From Antedon mediterranea (taxonomy: Eukaryota > Animalia > Echinodermata), in contig NC_092679.1 of NCBI RefSeq assembly GCF_964355755.1, positions 12,197,432 to 12,261,431 on the forward strand: DNA of 64,000 nucleotides, read 5' to 3'. A program made the position numbers and the translations under genes. Below the pieces are notes generated by a model. It was not told the DNA's origin, did no database searches, and saw only the letters and a list, made by a program, of their open reading frames with translations. Below are positions 53,601 to 64,000 of this stretch, one piece after another. Each line of letters starts with the position of its first letter. The first letter of the stretch is position 1.

Positions 53601-55878
53601 GTTATCTGCAATTTACCAAGCATTTGTTATTCTTTTTTACCACTTTTCATATCTATGAGAAGATTTCATTTGATTATAAATGTTACCAAATTTTAACATA
53701 TATCCCTCGAATAAGCACCTCCCTCAAATGACCTCCGCCTCCCCAAAGGGCCCTACCAAACAATAAAAACTATACTTTAAAATGTTATTAATCATCTAAA
53801 ACACTGTGAAACAAAGTAGTTCAGTTTTACGAATGTCAAGCATTTTCAATAATGGTAACCGACAGAAAATGTATAAGGAGAACATTATCATTCCGAGAAC
53901 CATCGTCTACACTTCCTAGAGGGGGAGCGAGCGAAGCGAGCTCACCCTCTAGTGTATTAAACGTACGTAATCTTCGATTCGTATCTAGATGACTGTCAAC
54001 ATTCAGTTAAGTTAATCTACCTAGTGACATCTGCAGAATCGGGTAAACCTTTATGAAATACTATTTTATGTAACTTAAAAGGTACAGGACTGTATTTATA
54101 TTTTCTAAATCAAATAACAAAATTATATTTAATTTATCAACTTACCATTAATTTTGTGACGAGATGTTATAATTTCAGCATTACTTCTTGATTCAGATTT
54201 ACTATAGTCAGTTTCTACAGTCTCTATATTTCCCCTGCACGAGACTAAAAGAGAAACAGAATATTAATGCAGGTATCTATCAACATTATTACAGAATAAA
54301 ACAACTAGCTACAACTTGTTTGTGTTGTTACCGGTACTTTGTGGGAAAGCATTAGATTCAGTTTGTCAAGAAGAACATATAAAGGTGTTATACAATTTCA
54401 GCAAGTGCAGTCTGGATAATGGAATGGAAGATTTACAGAATTGTTCCTATCATGCGTGGGTTTCATAGTAGGCCTACAGTACTTCAAGACTGTGTTCTAT
54501 CACCACAGCAAAACATTCTCCTAAAGTAGGCCTAACTGTAACTATAATTCTAGATACTACCCGTATGGTAGGCCTACTCCATTTGAAATAATCTCTACGA
54601 TTAGCTGATCAACAATCGCAGTTTGGACATAAACTTTAAAATTAGAGGCACACTTATTTTTGTAAAGAAATTGCATCATTTAAACAAAATAAGAATATGA
54701 AAGAAACAGTAATGCTGTAGTTTGTAGTTTCTCATTTATAGGTTCATGCTATAAATATATACACCCATATAGATAATTCGTTCAATTCAGTTGTCCATAA
54801 TGGTAAAATACGAGTATAGATATTTCAGAGTATACAGTACATTGATTTCCCAAACCTAATGCAAATTGCTTTTGCTCGTTTTTTATTTTTATTAAAAATA
54901 TCTTCACATTCTTCATTAATATCTCAAAATATAGTTTTCATTTTATTGAGAAGCATACAATTTGACAACTTTTCCTTGTCACTTTTTTTCTTGAGAAGTA
55001 TTTTATAACAATTATCAAACAACTCTTCCTTGCCATTTTTATATAGTTACGCAGATTCCAAGGCTCACTAGCTTTTTTAAAACTTCCTTTTGTTTTCAAA
55101 TTGTTAAAGCACATCCTGCTTGTCAATAAGAATCCTATTATCTACGCCAACCTAATTGTTTATTTAACAATAGATGAGTCATTGGGTGTGGTATGAACAT
55201 TTTCAGCTTTCAGATCATTAGCAACATACATTAGTGGACCCTCTTGTTTATCAGTGTTAAGCAATGAAAAAAGGAACGTTATTAATGTTCTATATCGAAT
55301 AATACTGTATCAACAGCGAATTAACATAAATAATTAATTCAATAACCCAATAGGCCTAGTTTTGTTAACTTACCCACAAAGTAAATTTAAATATATTATT
55401 GTACTTACAGTTACGTGATTCTGTTATATCATCATCAGTATCGACGTCGGTTGTTGAAACCTCCCATGTTTTGCGCTGACAATCGTTATTTCTTGCTAAA
55501 TGAATTACAAAAACCGTATTATTAAAAAAAAAAATAGAATGTATTATAGAAATAGCCATATTGGAACATCGAATAATACTGTGTCAACAGCGAATTAAAT
55601 ATATATATATATTTTAATTCAATAACCCAATAGGCATAGTTTTGTTAACTTACCCACAAAGTAAATTTAAATATATTATTGTACTTACAGTTACGTGATT
55701 CTGTTATATCATCATCAGTATCGACGTCGGTTGTTGAAACCTCCCATGGTTTTCGCTGACAGTCGATATTTCTTGCTACTGGAGAAACTTCTGTACGCGA
55801 AACTTCCTTGAATGAATTTTGATTAGAACACAGTTCATGGTTTTCGCTTGAGTAATGATGGTTGGAGTCACTTATCAT
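47683..55878 (-). CDS. Multi-exon Sola-like / DUF7869-type DDD transposase-derived gene, ~708 aa
   Basis: Exons 55878-55689, 55495-55409, 54244-54146, 51767-51465, 51094-50820, 50042-49921, 49454-49061, 48719-48203 and 47822-47683 all have GT-AG boundaries and concordant phases (2127 nt, no internal stop). Motifs: CCCxxxC, VCAKAW, RFAKCGKC, IIDGMDQ, LYLQLDN, FLMAGHTHEDIDQLFS. The three 5'-most exons are less certain than the core. Confidence 0.85.
48203..48719 (-). CDS. Transposase-like gene, exon with GHTHEDIDQ motif
   Basis: Acceptor ttattacag|ATA AAG; donor AGA G|gtatgt. Translates as IKLGFLMAGHTHEDIDQLFS...HSKPHQFKF. Confidence 0.9.
49061..49454 (-). CDS. Transposase-like gene, catalytic-core exon (DGMDQ ... 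LQLDN)
   Basis: Acceptor ttttttcag|T ACT GAG; donor CGA AAG|gtatga. Translates as YLSMIIDGMDQNKTSLP...HVTGVLVHG...LPPVLYLQLDN. Confidence 0.9.
51912..52318. repeat. 45-bp minisatellite, about 9 copies (intronic)
   Basis: Unit ACACGACATAGGCCACCCACCATTATATCACTGGTATATCGTATT repeated without spacers. Confidence 0.95.
52633..53952 (+). mobile_element. Non-autonomous Helitron, family 1 (in an intron of the transposase-like gene)
   Basis: A|TCTATATATAAA...hairpin...CTAG|T; colinear with 43089-44410. Confidence 0.92.
55295..55778. repeat. ~280-bp-period tandem duplication covering an exon 3' part and its donor
   Basis: 55295-55497 and 55569-55778 are near-identical, including TTAACTTACCCACAAAG...GTACTTACAGTTACGTGATTCTG. 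Confidence 0.9.
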
Positions 55879-55979
55879 GTTTACGATATGTATTTGCGAT
55901 GATGCAAATTGATAGAATGATCATAAACTATGTGATCTAAAACTAGATGATTGTACCACTATGGAGCTAATAGCTCCAC

Positions 55980-56050
55980 TCCATGATTGGACATGCCTTT
56001 AAAAAGCGCGCACTATTTCGATTGGCTGCTGCTGAGGCCACCTCCCAGTT
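55980..56050 (-). promoter_or_regulatory. Candidate promoter of the transposase-like gene (two CCAAT boxes)
   Basis: ATTGG at 55986 and 56021 on the + strand (CCAAT on -), 35 bp apart, flanking GCGCGCTTTTTAAA. They lie about 110-145 bp upstream of the ATG at 55878. Confidence 0.4.
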
Positions 56051-57597
56051 TTTATTTCAACGGGCAATCAGCTTTATGCAAAGAAATAGAGTAAAAATGA
56101 AGGGTCATGTTAATCTGAATGAATAGATATATAGAATGAAATACCAGGGAAGAGTGAAGTTGTAATTTCAGTATTCCCTTGGCATACTCTTACAACGACC
56201 GTTTTCAGTTCTCTAAGAACAGAATAAAAAAACATTTTCTCATCATTAATTCTATTATAAAATGAGGATTCGTAAAGAATTGTTTAAAAAGAAAAGTTTG
56301 GAAATGAAGTTTTCTGCCTGGTGCAGCTGCAGCGGAATTCACTTGTCATGAAGATGAAGAAGGGTGTGTATTCATGTGTAACCTATGGCCTGTTAAATGT
56401 GTTTACTTTTTGCAAACCATATGATATAAAACTTGGGCTATCTTTCTGAAACAGAAACCATAAACAAAAGATGATCTAAATGTTATTTTAATTAGATATT
56501 TATGTTTCAATATATTTCTGTCTGTAATCTGTATTCTTACCATTTTCTCATATATATCTACCTTGAATTAGTTAATCCTTTTCTTTCTAGTGAAAGAACA
56601 TTTTTGTACCGTACCGGTACATAGTTTAATAACTGTATAATATTGCTCTAGATCTTGCTCTTTGTAATAAAATATTACATTATACAGGATGTAAATAAAA
56701 CAAAATTAGAGTACACTCATATTACATGGCAACAATATTTCCGCGGTAATCACTTACTGTATTCCTCAATTTAAACATTAACATTTATTTAGAACAATTA
56801 TTATTAATACTGCATATAATTAATTAAGTCATAGAATTGATTTTGAAGACTTCTGATTGGTTGAAATTGTCGTTAATTACACGTCCGCATAAATACTGCG
56901 CATTTTTAAAAAAACCATGTTAATGTCATGGTAAAAAAACAATCCAAATTAAAGAAACTGTAATTTTGAAACAAAAAAAAGTCTAAAATATAAATTCTGC
57001 TAGTTTAAAATCTGTACCAGTTATGAAATGAAAAAAGGATTTTTGTTTTGGATAACACAAGAAATAAAAATATCTTTGTACAAATAAAATATATATGGGC
57101 CAAGAATGTAGGAGCTGAAGAAAACAAATTATTCATTATAGTAGAGAATGTTTAAAAAATAAAATACTCAGCAATCAACATCGAGATTTTTAAATTAATA
57201 CAAAGCTATAACACAATTCTGGGTTGACATTATATTCTGTTACTTAGCCAATGGTTACTCCATGCTTAGCCTTAGAGATTACACATATGTTATTTGCAAG
57301 GTGTTGGAATCCTTTAATATACAATTTGTATACTATAAATAGACATAAATAAAGATCAACACAGTGTACAGAATTTATTCAGGAGTGTCAGATTTGGATC
57401 CATTTATATTGTGGATATTAATAGACGATTATAATGACATTGTAAATAATATTTCGTATTCAGTATTTTAAATGTCTCTGGGCAACTATTTATGTTTTAT
57501 TCCCTATACTATGGAGTGATACCAAGTTACACAGAAAGTTCATTAATTTTCAATACATGGCTGCTGTGACGAAACACTTATTGCACGATGAGTATAC

Positions 57598-59518
57598 CAG
57601 GCCCGTAGCCAGGTTTTTTTTGGGGGGTTCGGGCGAACCCCCCCCCCCCCCCCCCTTTTGCGCGAACCCCCCTTTTACCAGCGAACCCCCCTTGAAAAAC
57701 AAAGGCCCCACTTCCAAAATCGTGCAATTAATTATCAATTATAGCAGATTTTTTGGTAATTTTACTTCTATTGACTATGTTTAAATCGATCGAATATACA
57801 GATTGTCCGATGTCAAAGTCACTGCTGAGCGTGAGATCGAGAGATTGTTGAGAGATGATGGTTATAAATATGACAGAAAAATGGACTGACCAATCGCGTG
57901 CTTCGGCCGGGCTTTTCGGAACGCACAAGATCACGTTCAGTTCAGTTCAATCTTTTTGGGGATTTTTATTTTTTCCTGGAAATATTTTTCATTAAACCAA
58001 AGAATTTCACTGTGTAAACTTGGATAAAAATGGTGCTGAGTTAAATTGGTACGTGTACGTAGGCCTACCGTATATTTCGGTATATAAGACGCACTTTTGA
58101 CACGCAAATTTGACCTCTAAATGTTACTAATTAATTTAATTACCTACTAATACTTAAATTAATTAAAAATAGTGTACTACTCTGCAATGTAGGCCTAGCT
58201 AGTTGCTCACTCCTGTCTAACCACAGTGTGGTAACAAGTTTATTGAATTTTTAGTTAAGGTAAATTGTCATCCTCGACTGTATTAATTAATATTACAGTA
58301 CGCATTAGATATTCTACCAAGGCCTAGTAGTACTCGCGGGTGTGTATTCTTGCAGCATGCAGCATCACAGCGCTACACATTTATGGAAGAGTCCATTAAT
58401 TACGGTGGTGTCACATTTTAATTACACAATAACTATTTCCCTTGATCACGGTGGTTTATTTTTATTACATCTCTATGTCAACAATCACATAATTTTATAA
58501 TCATGTAGGCAATAGTTTGTATGTCAAGCGATATCTAAAAGAGTGTGTTGTTATTGTGTTAAGTAGCTTCCCCTAATCTCATAGTGTATATGGCCAACAG
58601 TGCTGGCCACCAGGCCACCAGGCAAGGAGCACATGGTTAGTGCTCTCCTCTCCTCATATTGCTGTAATGCATGCATGGAAATAGGAAAGATTTTCATATA
58701 GGCCTACCCAACATGATATTCCTGGTTCATTATCAGCCCAAAAAACTGAACATCATTTGGATTGATTTTATAATGGTCATACACACAATAAGAAGGTATA
58801 TATTTAAATAATATGAAATTAAAGTTACTTAAATAGACATAGGCTACTGGCTAGCCCTACCCACACAGTGCATCGTAACTGAAACAATATGGGGATTTCC
58901 CTTTTCATTGAACGTTCAGTTGAAGTAGAGACTGATTACGATGTAATAAAGGCAATCAAACAAAATTATATCACTTGATTCTAATAAATATGTCTCAAAT
59001 ATCGTTGTTTTATTATTAAAATACCATTGTTTTGATTGTAAAATGTTTAAATTTCGGCCTAGAAATAAGTGCGTCTTATGCATCGACTACATAAAAAATA
59101 CTAATATTTCAGTCTCCGTTATGGGTGCGTCTTATACACAGGTGCGACTTGTACACCGAAATATACGGTACTATTTGTTTTTTATGTTTATAGGATAAGA
59201 AATTATTTAAGGGCCTAATATAATATACTTTTTTGCAACAATAAAGCTGTATTTCATGATCAGTACTACTAACTTCCATAATACTGTACTATATAATTTC
59301 TCTGCATAACTCAGACTCAGGTAAAAAATGTCTCTGTAAGCTTATTAAAACAACCGAAATTGCTCTGAGAGCCAAAGCTTCCAGGGGCCTTCGCCCCCTC
59401 GACCCCGACCGGGGGCCCTTGGCGGCCCCCTGGCCCCCAGCCTACAGTTGCTCGCTGCGCTCGCAAAATACTTGGTGTCAAGAAAACCCCCCTCTGATGC
59501 ATTCTGGCTACGGGCCTG
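57598..59518. mobile_element. Non-autonomous hAT-like TIR element with a nested insertion
   Basis: TIR CAGGCCCGTAGCCAG / CTGGCTACGGGCCTG, flanked by TATAC on both sides. Subterminal GCGAACCCC repeats. Confidence 0.78.
58068..59168. mobile_element. Tc1/mariner-pogo-type non-autonomous element nested in the hAT-like element
   Basis: TA|CCGTATATTTCGGT...ACCGAAATATACGG|TA. A short relative lies at about 34689-34765. Confidence 0.82.
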
Positions 59519-60524
59519 TATACAGTAGTTAGCCCCTGTATTTTGTATATTGTTTTGCTGTTTGTTTAACTACGGCAATCTAATAACAGGATCCTGAGCT
59601 CCAGAGATCAAAATATTTATCTGTGGCTGCGACACGATCTGCTGTTGCGCGCCCCTTAATAGACGCCGCTGTACTCTCTCTCGGTATTTGTCGCAGCCAG
59701 ACATAAAAACTAACGAATGTTACATGATCCTATCTTGGCAAGGCGGGCTCAGAGTCCACTATTGTTGGATTTACTTGGTTTAACTGTAGGTCTATATGGA
59801 GTGAGTGCAAAATTCCTACTACCAAATAAATTATTATTGTAAACTGGGAAAGGAGTACCGTATGGTATAATCGCTATAACATTTTTATTCCAACACAGCA
59901 AAACCTATAGGCTATGAGTCATTTTATGAAACATTGTAGACCTTTGCCACGATGTGTAATCTCGTGTAAACAAGGAACGCTTTTTATCTTCCAATCAGAT
60001 AACGTATTATTGAATACGCTGTAATGTTGGGCAGAAATAGTGTGCCATCGACATGTGACCGATACGAAACGCGACCGATATTTACCTGTAACCTAGAGCT
60101 CACAGGTAGGTAAATATAGTACAGTAGTAGTAGTCAGTATTTTTGGCCAAGTTATCATTTCAGTTGCTTATTCTGGAGGGTCATAGTATGAATGAAATTA
60201 TAACTGGAATTTGTTAACTGTATACCTTGCGTGTTCCTGGCATAGAGGCACCTACTGTAGGTATAGGCCAAATCTGTGGCCGTTACTAATTAGTACTCCC
60301 AACATCTAATGAATTAGGTAGGTATACTGTACTATGCCCGTATAAATGATTAAAAACGTGCCTTGTCTAATTCGTGCCCAACTAAACTGGAACACCATCA
60401 ACAAGCGCGATGTGCATATTCAGTACCATGAAAAGTCATGAGCCAAGCTCTCTAGGCATACCGTACTTTCAATTAAACAAAATATTTTTTGTTATATAGT
60501 TTTGTAAACAAACAGTGGGCTTAA

Positions 60525-63500
60525 ATGTCAAAGTCTCGTGATATTCATATACAGCCTTCGAGGGCAAATCAAAGTTCTGATGAGCAGTATGTCAAATCAT
60601 CTTCTGAGTACAAACGAGACGAATGGAGAAAAGTAAGAGAATTAGAAGAAGCGAGAAAAACCGGAAGTACTTCTGCTTTTGTGGATGAAGAGGGACAGTA
60701 TGCAAAACTTTTTATTTTTACGAATTAAATAATTTATCAAATGCAGTTGTGTACTAAAATTGGAATTGATAATTTCATAATAATTTCCTTTTCCATATTT
60801 CAATAAAGAACAATTAAAGTGCGTTCGATACTGTTTATTTACTATTACAAAGCTATTAAAATATTTTAAAAACTTGTTATTTTTCAGAGATATCAATTCA
60901 CATTTTCCACAGAATATACCAACAGTACCATGTTATGTTACCGGTGTGGATCGTTTGACCTTAAATCAAGTAAAGGGAGAGAAAAAGGATGTTCACAGTG
61001 GTATTGATCAATGGTACAAACAGGCTGTCTTGACGGTAAAAACAAAATACTGTCTGTACAATTTCATAAAATAGTTTACATTATTTATTTTACATTATTA
61101 TATTCAGTTCAAACTCTCCATGTCGTATTAGTACTGAGTATATATCAACCTCATGTTTTCAGTATATTCAATCAGTACAGTATTACAAAATAATGTACTG
61201 GTTTAATGTATTGAATACATGAGGTTGTTGTACCCGACATTACTTCTATTTCAATTAATTTATATTTCATATACACTCAACTCATCCTGTTAATCAGAAG
61301 TCAGCACTGTACAATTTATTATTCTTAAATTAGATTAAACACACGGTTATCTACTAGCTCAGCTACTATGGCCTCAGTGGCCCCACTTGTACCACCATTT
61401 CATTTTTAGGGGAACGACACATTCTGTTTCGGTCAACAAAACATACGTCTGGGGTGCCATGTGATGTTGGGCCAACACTATTCCTTCTCTGCATAGCATA
61501 TCCGAGAAATATCCAAAGCGAAATGTTTGCTGATGAAAGAATTATTTGTAGCGAGATCTTGTCCACAAACCATTATATTCTCCAGCAAGATCTGGACCTA
61601 CTAACGATAATGTTGTATGTTTTACAAGATATATGGCCTTCATACGTTTTAGGATAATTACCAATATTGAAATACTATCTTCCTGATGTATTTATTTACT
61701 ACTAAAACTTTCCTTCTGCCCACGCACCATCAAATATAGAACCAGTTATCAGCAATTGTATCCGTCTTTCATGAAGACTTGTAGTCGTTGTCTTGTATAC
61801 GTTTTTCACGCTGCTGCTCTAGCCCGCTACGTCACAAGAGATGACTCATTTATTAGATGAAACCAAACAGCAGTTATAGTACTAGACACTGACATTTTTG
61901 CGAAAAAGGATTCTCGACTATAATTTATAGGTACCAGCTGCTGGACCCAAAAAACGTCTGGGAAAAGAGTCTAACGGTTGAACGACAAATCCCAAAGCAT
62001 TTCTGGTATTTATGAGTCCCATGATATTATATGTCAGATAATTAATGAATTATTATCAAAACATTCCATGAAAGTTTGTTTGTAATATGGTTACTTCACA
62101 CTTGAAGTATCTAGGCGTGATGAAGTGACCCCCAGACTTGACCTTAGCAATAAATAAACTAGATTGAGTCTGTGTTTAATATCAAAGTTATTCACTTCTG
62201 TAACAAAATTCACATACAAAAAAGAGAAAAGAAACGTTTGATTATAACTCAAAAACCATTGTCTGGCAGACAATTTAAGTATTTTTTGCTTTAAATTACA
62301 TTTTTTCAGGTAAAATAACTATTATGTGACATACAGAATGAATATATATATATTTTTCAGAGGGACAATATATCTTAAAAACTGATACATCAATAAGCGA
62401 GCAGCGTTTTTTGTAAGAAATATTTCTTGTTTAATTGTACCCTTATTTATCTCAGTTCTCTTGTGACCTTTGTTCATTTGTTTTTGTACATTTTGGATAT
62501 ACTTCACTTAAACTATGTCTATAGGCTACTATCAAACTAATGACACAAAGTGTGATGTGCCCAAACATGGTAGTGGTATGCCAAATATGGTAGTGATATG
62601 ACATCATTATGTCCATATATGGCTACATCAAATTGTTTATATAGTGTAACTTCGTTTGAGTTGCAAAGAAATCACTGCACCCAGAAAAAAGTAATCATGT
62701 ATTGCCTTTTTTGTCGCAGTCCAATAAAGAACTGAAAGCTTCTCAACTTGAAGATGAAATGATAACAAGAAAGCAAACAAAAGAACAAGAAAAGGTTAAT
62801 ATTAAAATTAGAAAAACGTTTTGCATCTTTGTTTTGATGATAAAAGGTTTCCTTACTATCTGCTGTAATAAGCCTCATGACTTCAGATTTTCATTGACAC
62901 ATATATTTTGATTTGTTAAAAGACCGACATTGAAAATAGTGAAGATGAGGACAATTCGGGTGATGTGGCTGGTACAAACTTCGAAAGCAAAAGGTGCGTT
63001 CGAACTTTTAAATTAAGCAATGATAGGCCTAATAATTTATTGTTGGTACCCTTACTGAAAATTGTGCGTAATTATAGATGATTATTTATTTGATTGTAAT
63101 GTTAGAGTACAGTCAGTAATTACACAAATAATCAATGTTTATGAGTTTGATGGTGAGAACATTTCATTCGATGAAAGATTGACTTGTATTCTACTATTAG
63201 TACAGCAATTAGTAGTAAGTAAAAAATACACTCGTTTGGTCAAATAAAGACATAGACTAGACCTAGAGGTAAAATAACAACACACACTACAATTACCTTT
63301 TGATTAATTTCAGACGTGTCACGAAGAGAAAACTGCGTATTCGGGAAGATATACCAAAGTATTTGTGTAATCTCGACCCAAACTCCGCGTACTACGACCC
63401 GAAAACGAGATCATTGCCTGGAAATCCATTCAAAGACCCGAACTCGTTGTACTATGACCCGAAAGTGGGATCATTGCCTGGAAATCCACTCGAAGACACA

Positions 63501-63581
63501 AAATCGGCATACTACGACCTGAACACAAAAATATTGCCTGGAAATCCCTTCAAAGACACAGACAAGCATCCGAATGAGTAA
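60525..63581 (+). CDS. SLU7: Divergent, internally deleted and C-terminally truncated SLU7-like (pre-mRNA splicing factor) gene or pseudogene
   Basis: Exons 60525-60697 ([17 protein letters not shown]...VDEEG), 60888-61035 ([16 protein letters not shown]...WYKQAV), 62720-62794, 62923-62993 (EDED...GTNFESK) and 63314-63581 ([26 protein letters not shown]) have concordant phases. They match the SLU7 motifs ELEEQRK..VDEEGKDINPHIPQYI and [26 protein letters not shown]. Confidence 0.88.
61440..61612 (+). mobile_element. Degraded LINE RT fragment (CR1/L2-like) in a SLU7-like intron
   Basis: [12 protein letters not shown]...[14 protein letters not shown]....LQQDLD resembles the RT core SGVPQGSVLGPLLFL...FADD...LQxDL. 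Confidence 0.65.
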
Positions 63582-64000
63582 AGCTATCGTTTTCTAGTAT
63601 TACAATTTAACTTTCTTTGAGATAGTTTTTCTTTTGAAAAAATGGATTACCCCGGATGCTGGTTCAAGCGGATATGCTAGCAAAATGACCAAGAGAGTGT
63701 TATAAAAATAATTCAAAAATTAAAGCACTACAGAAATAAGCCGCATGTATAATAAACAGTCTTCTCTATGCTTCGACATATAGAAGTCAACTGGTCGATA
63801 ACAACTATAAAAGCCTGTTTTTCATTGTAGGCGAATTTATTTGCATGAATAGTAATAAACATTAGTAGTAGTTCATGGGTATTAATCGGATCTATTTCCA
63901 AAAATACTATTTCCATGAATTATGAATTATTTATTCGTTAACATAGTCACCTCCAAAATATGCCTCTAAGTCAAAGCAATGGTGATTAAACCCGTCCAAA

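Noticed and set aside
55150-55260. Possible extra exon of the transposase-like gene (TDKQEGPLMYVANDLKAENVH...)
   Set aside because: No AG acceptor after the pyrimidine tract, and an in-frame TAA precedes any donor. At best a decayed exon.

Overview
This is an AT-rich eukaryotic (metazoan, invertebrate-like) window with spliceosomal GT-AG introns; there are no prokaryotic features or CRISPR arrays. Three protein-coding loci could be reconstructed by hand. (1) A + strand two-pore-domain K+ channel (K2P, TALK/KCNK16-like) locus. It has one visible M1-cap-P1 exon (9417-9747) but two complete, divergent M2-M3-P2-M4-tail modules downstream (21624-22282; 38670-38996 + 39857-40230), both phase-compatible with that exon. 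(2) A - strand, 9-exon, apparently intact (~708 aa) Sola-like/DUF7869-type transposase-derived gene (47683-55878). (3) A divergent, internally deleted SLU7 paralogue (60525-63581) with a triplicated 20-aa motif. The rest is dense with mobile DNA: non-autonomous Helitrons (two families, one with nested insertions), Helentron/HINE-type elements, 5S-rRNA-derived and tRNA-derived SINEs, LINE fragments, Penelope-type fragments with hammerhead motifs, several TIR/MITE families and minisatellites. All family assignments come from motif recognition by eye, not from database searches, and the splice models are inferred without transcript data.
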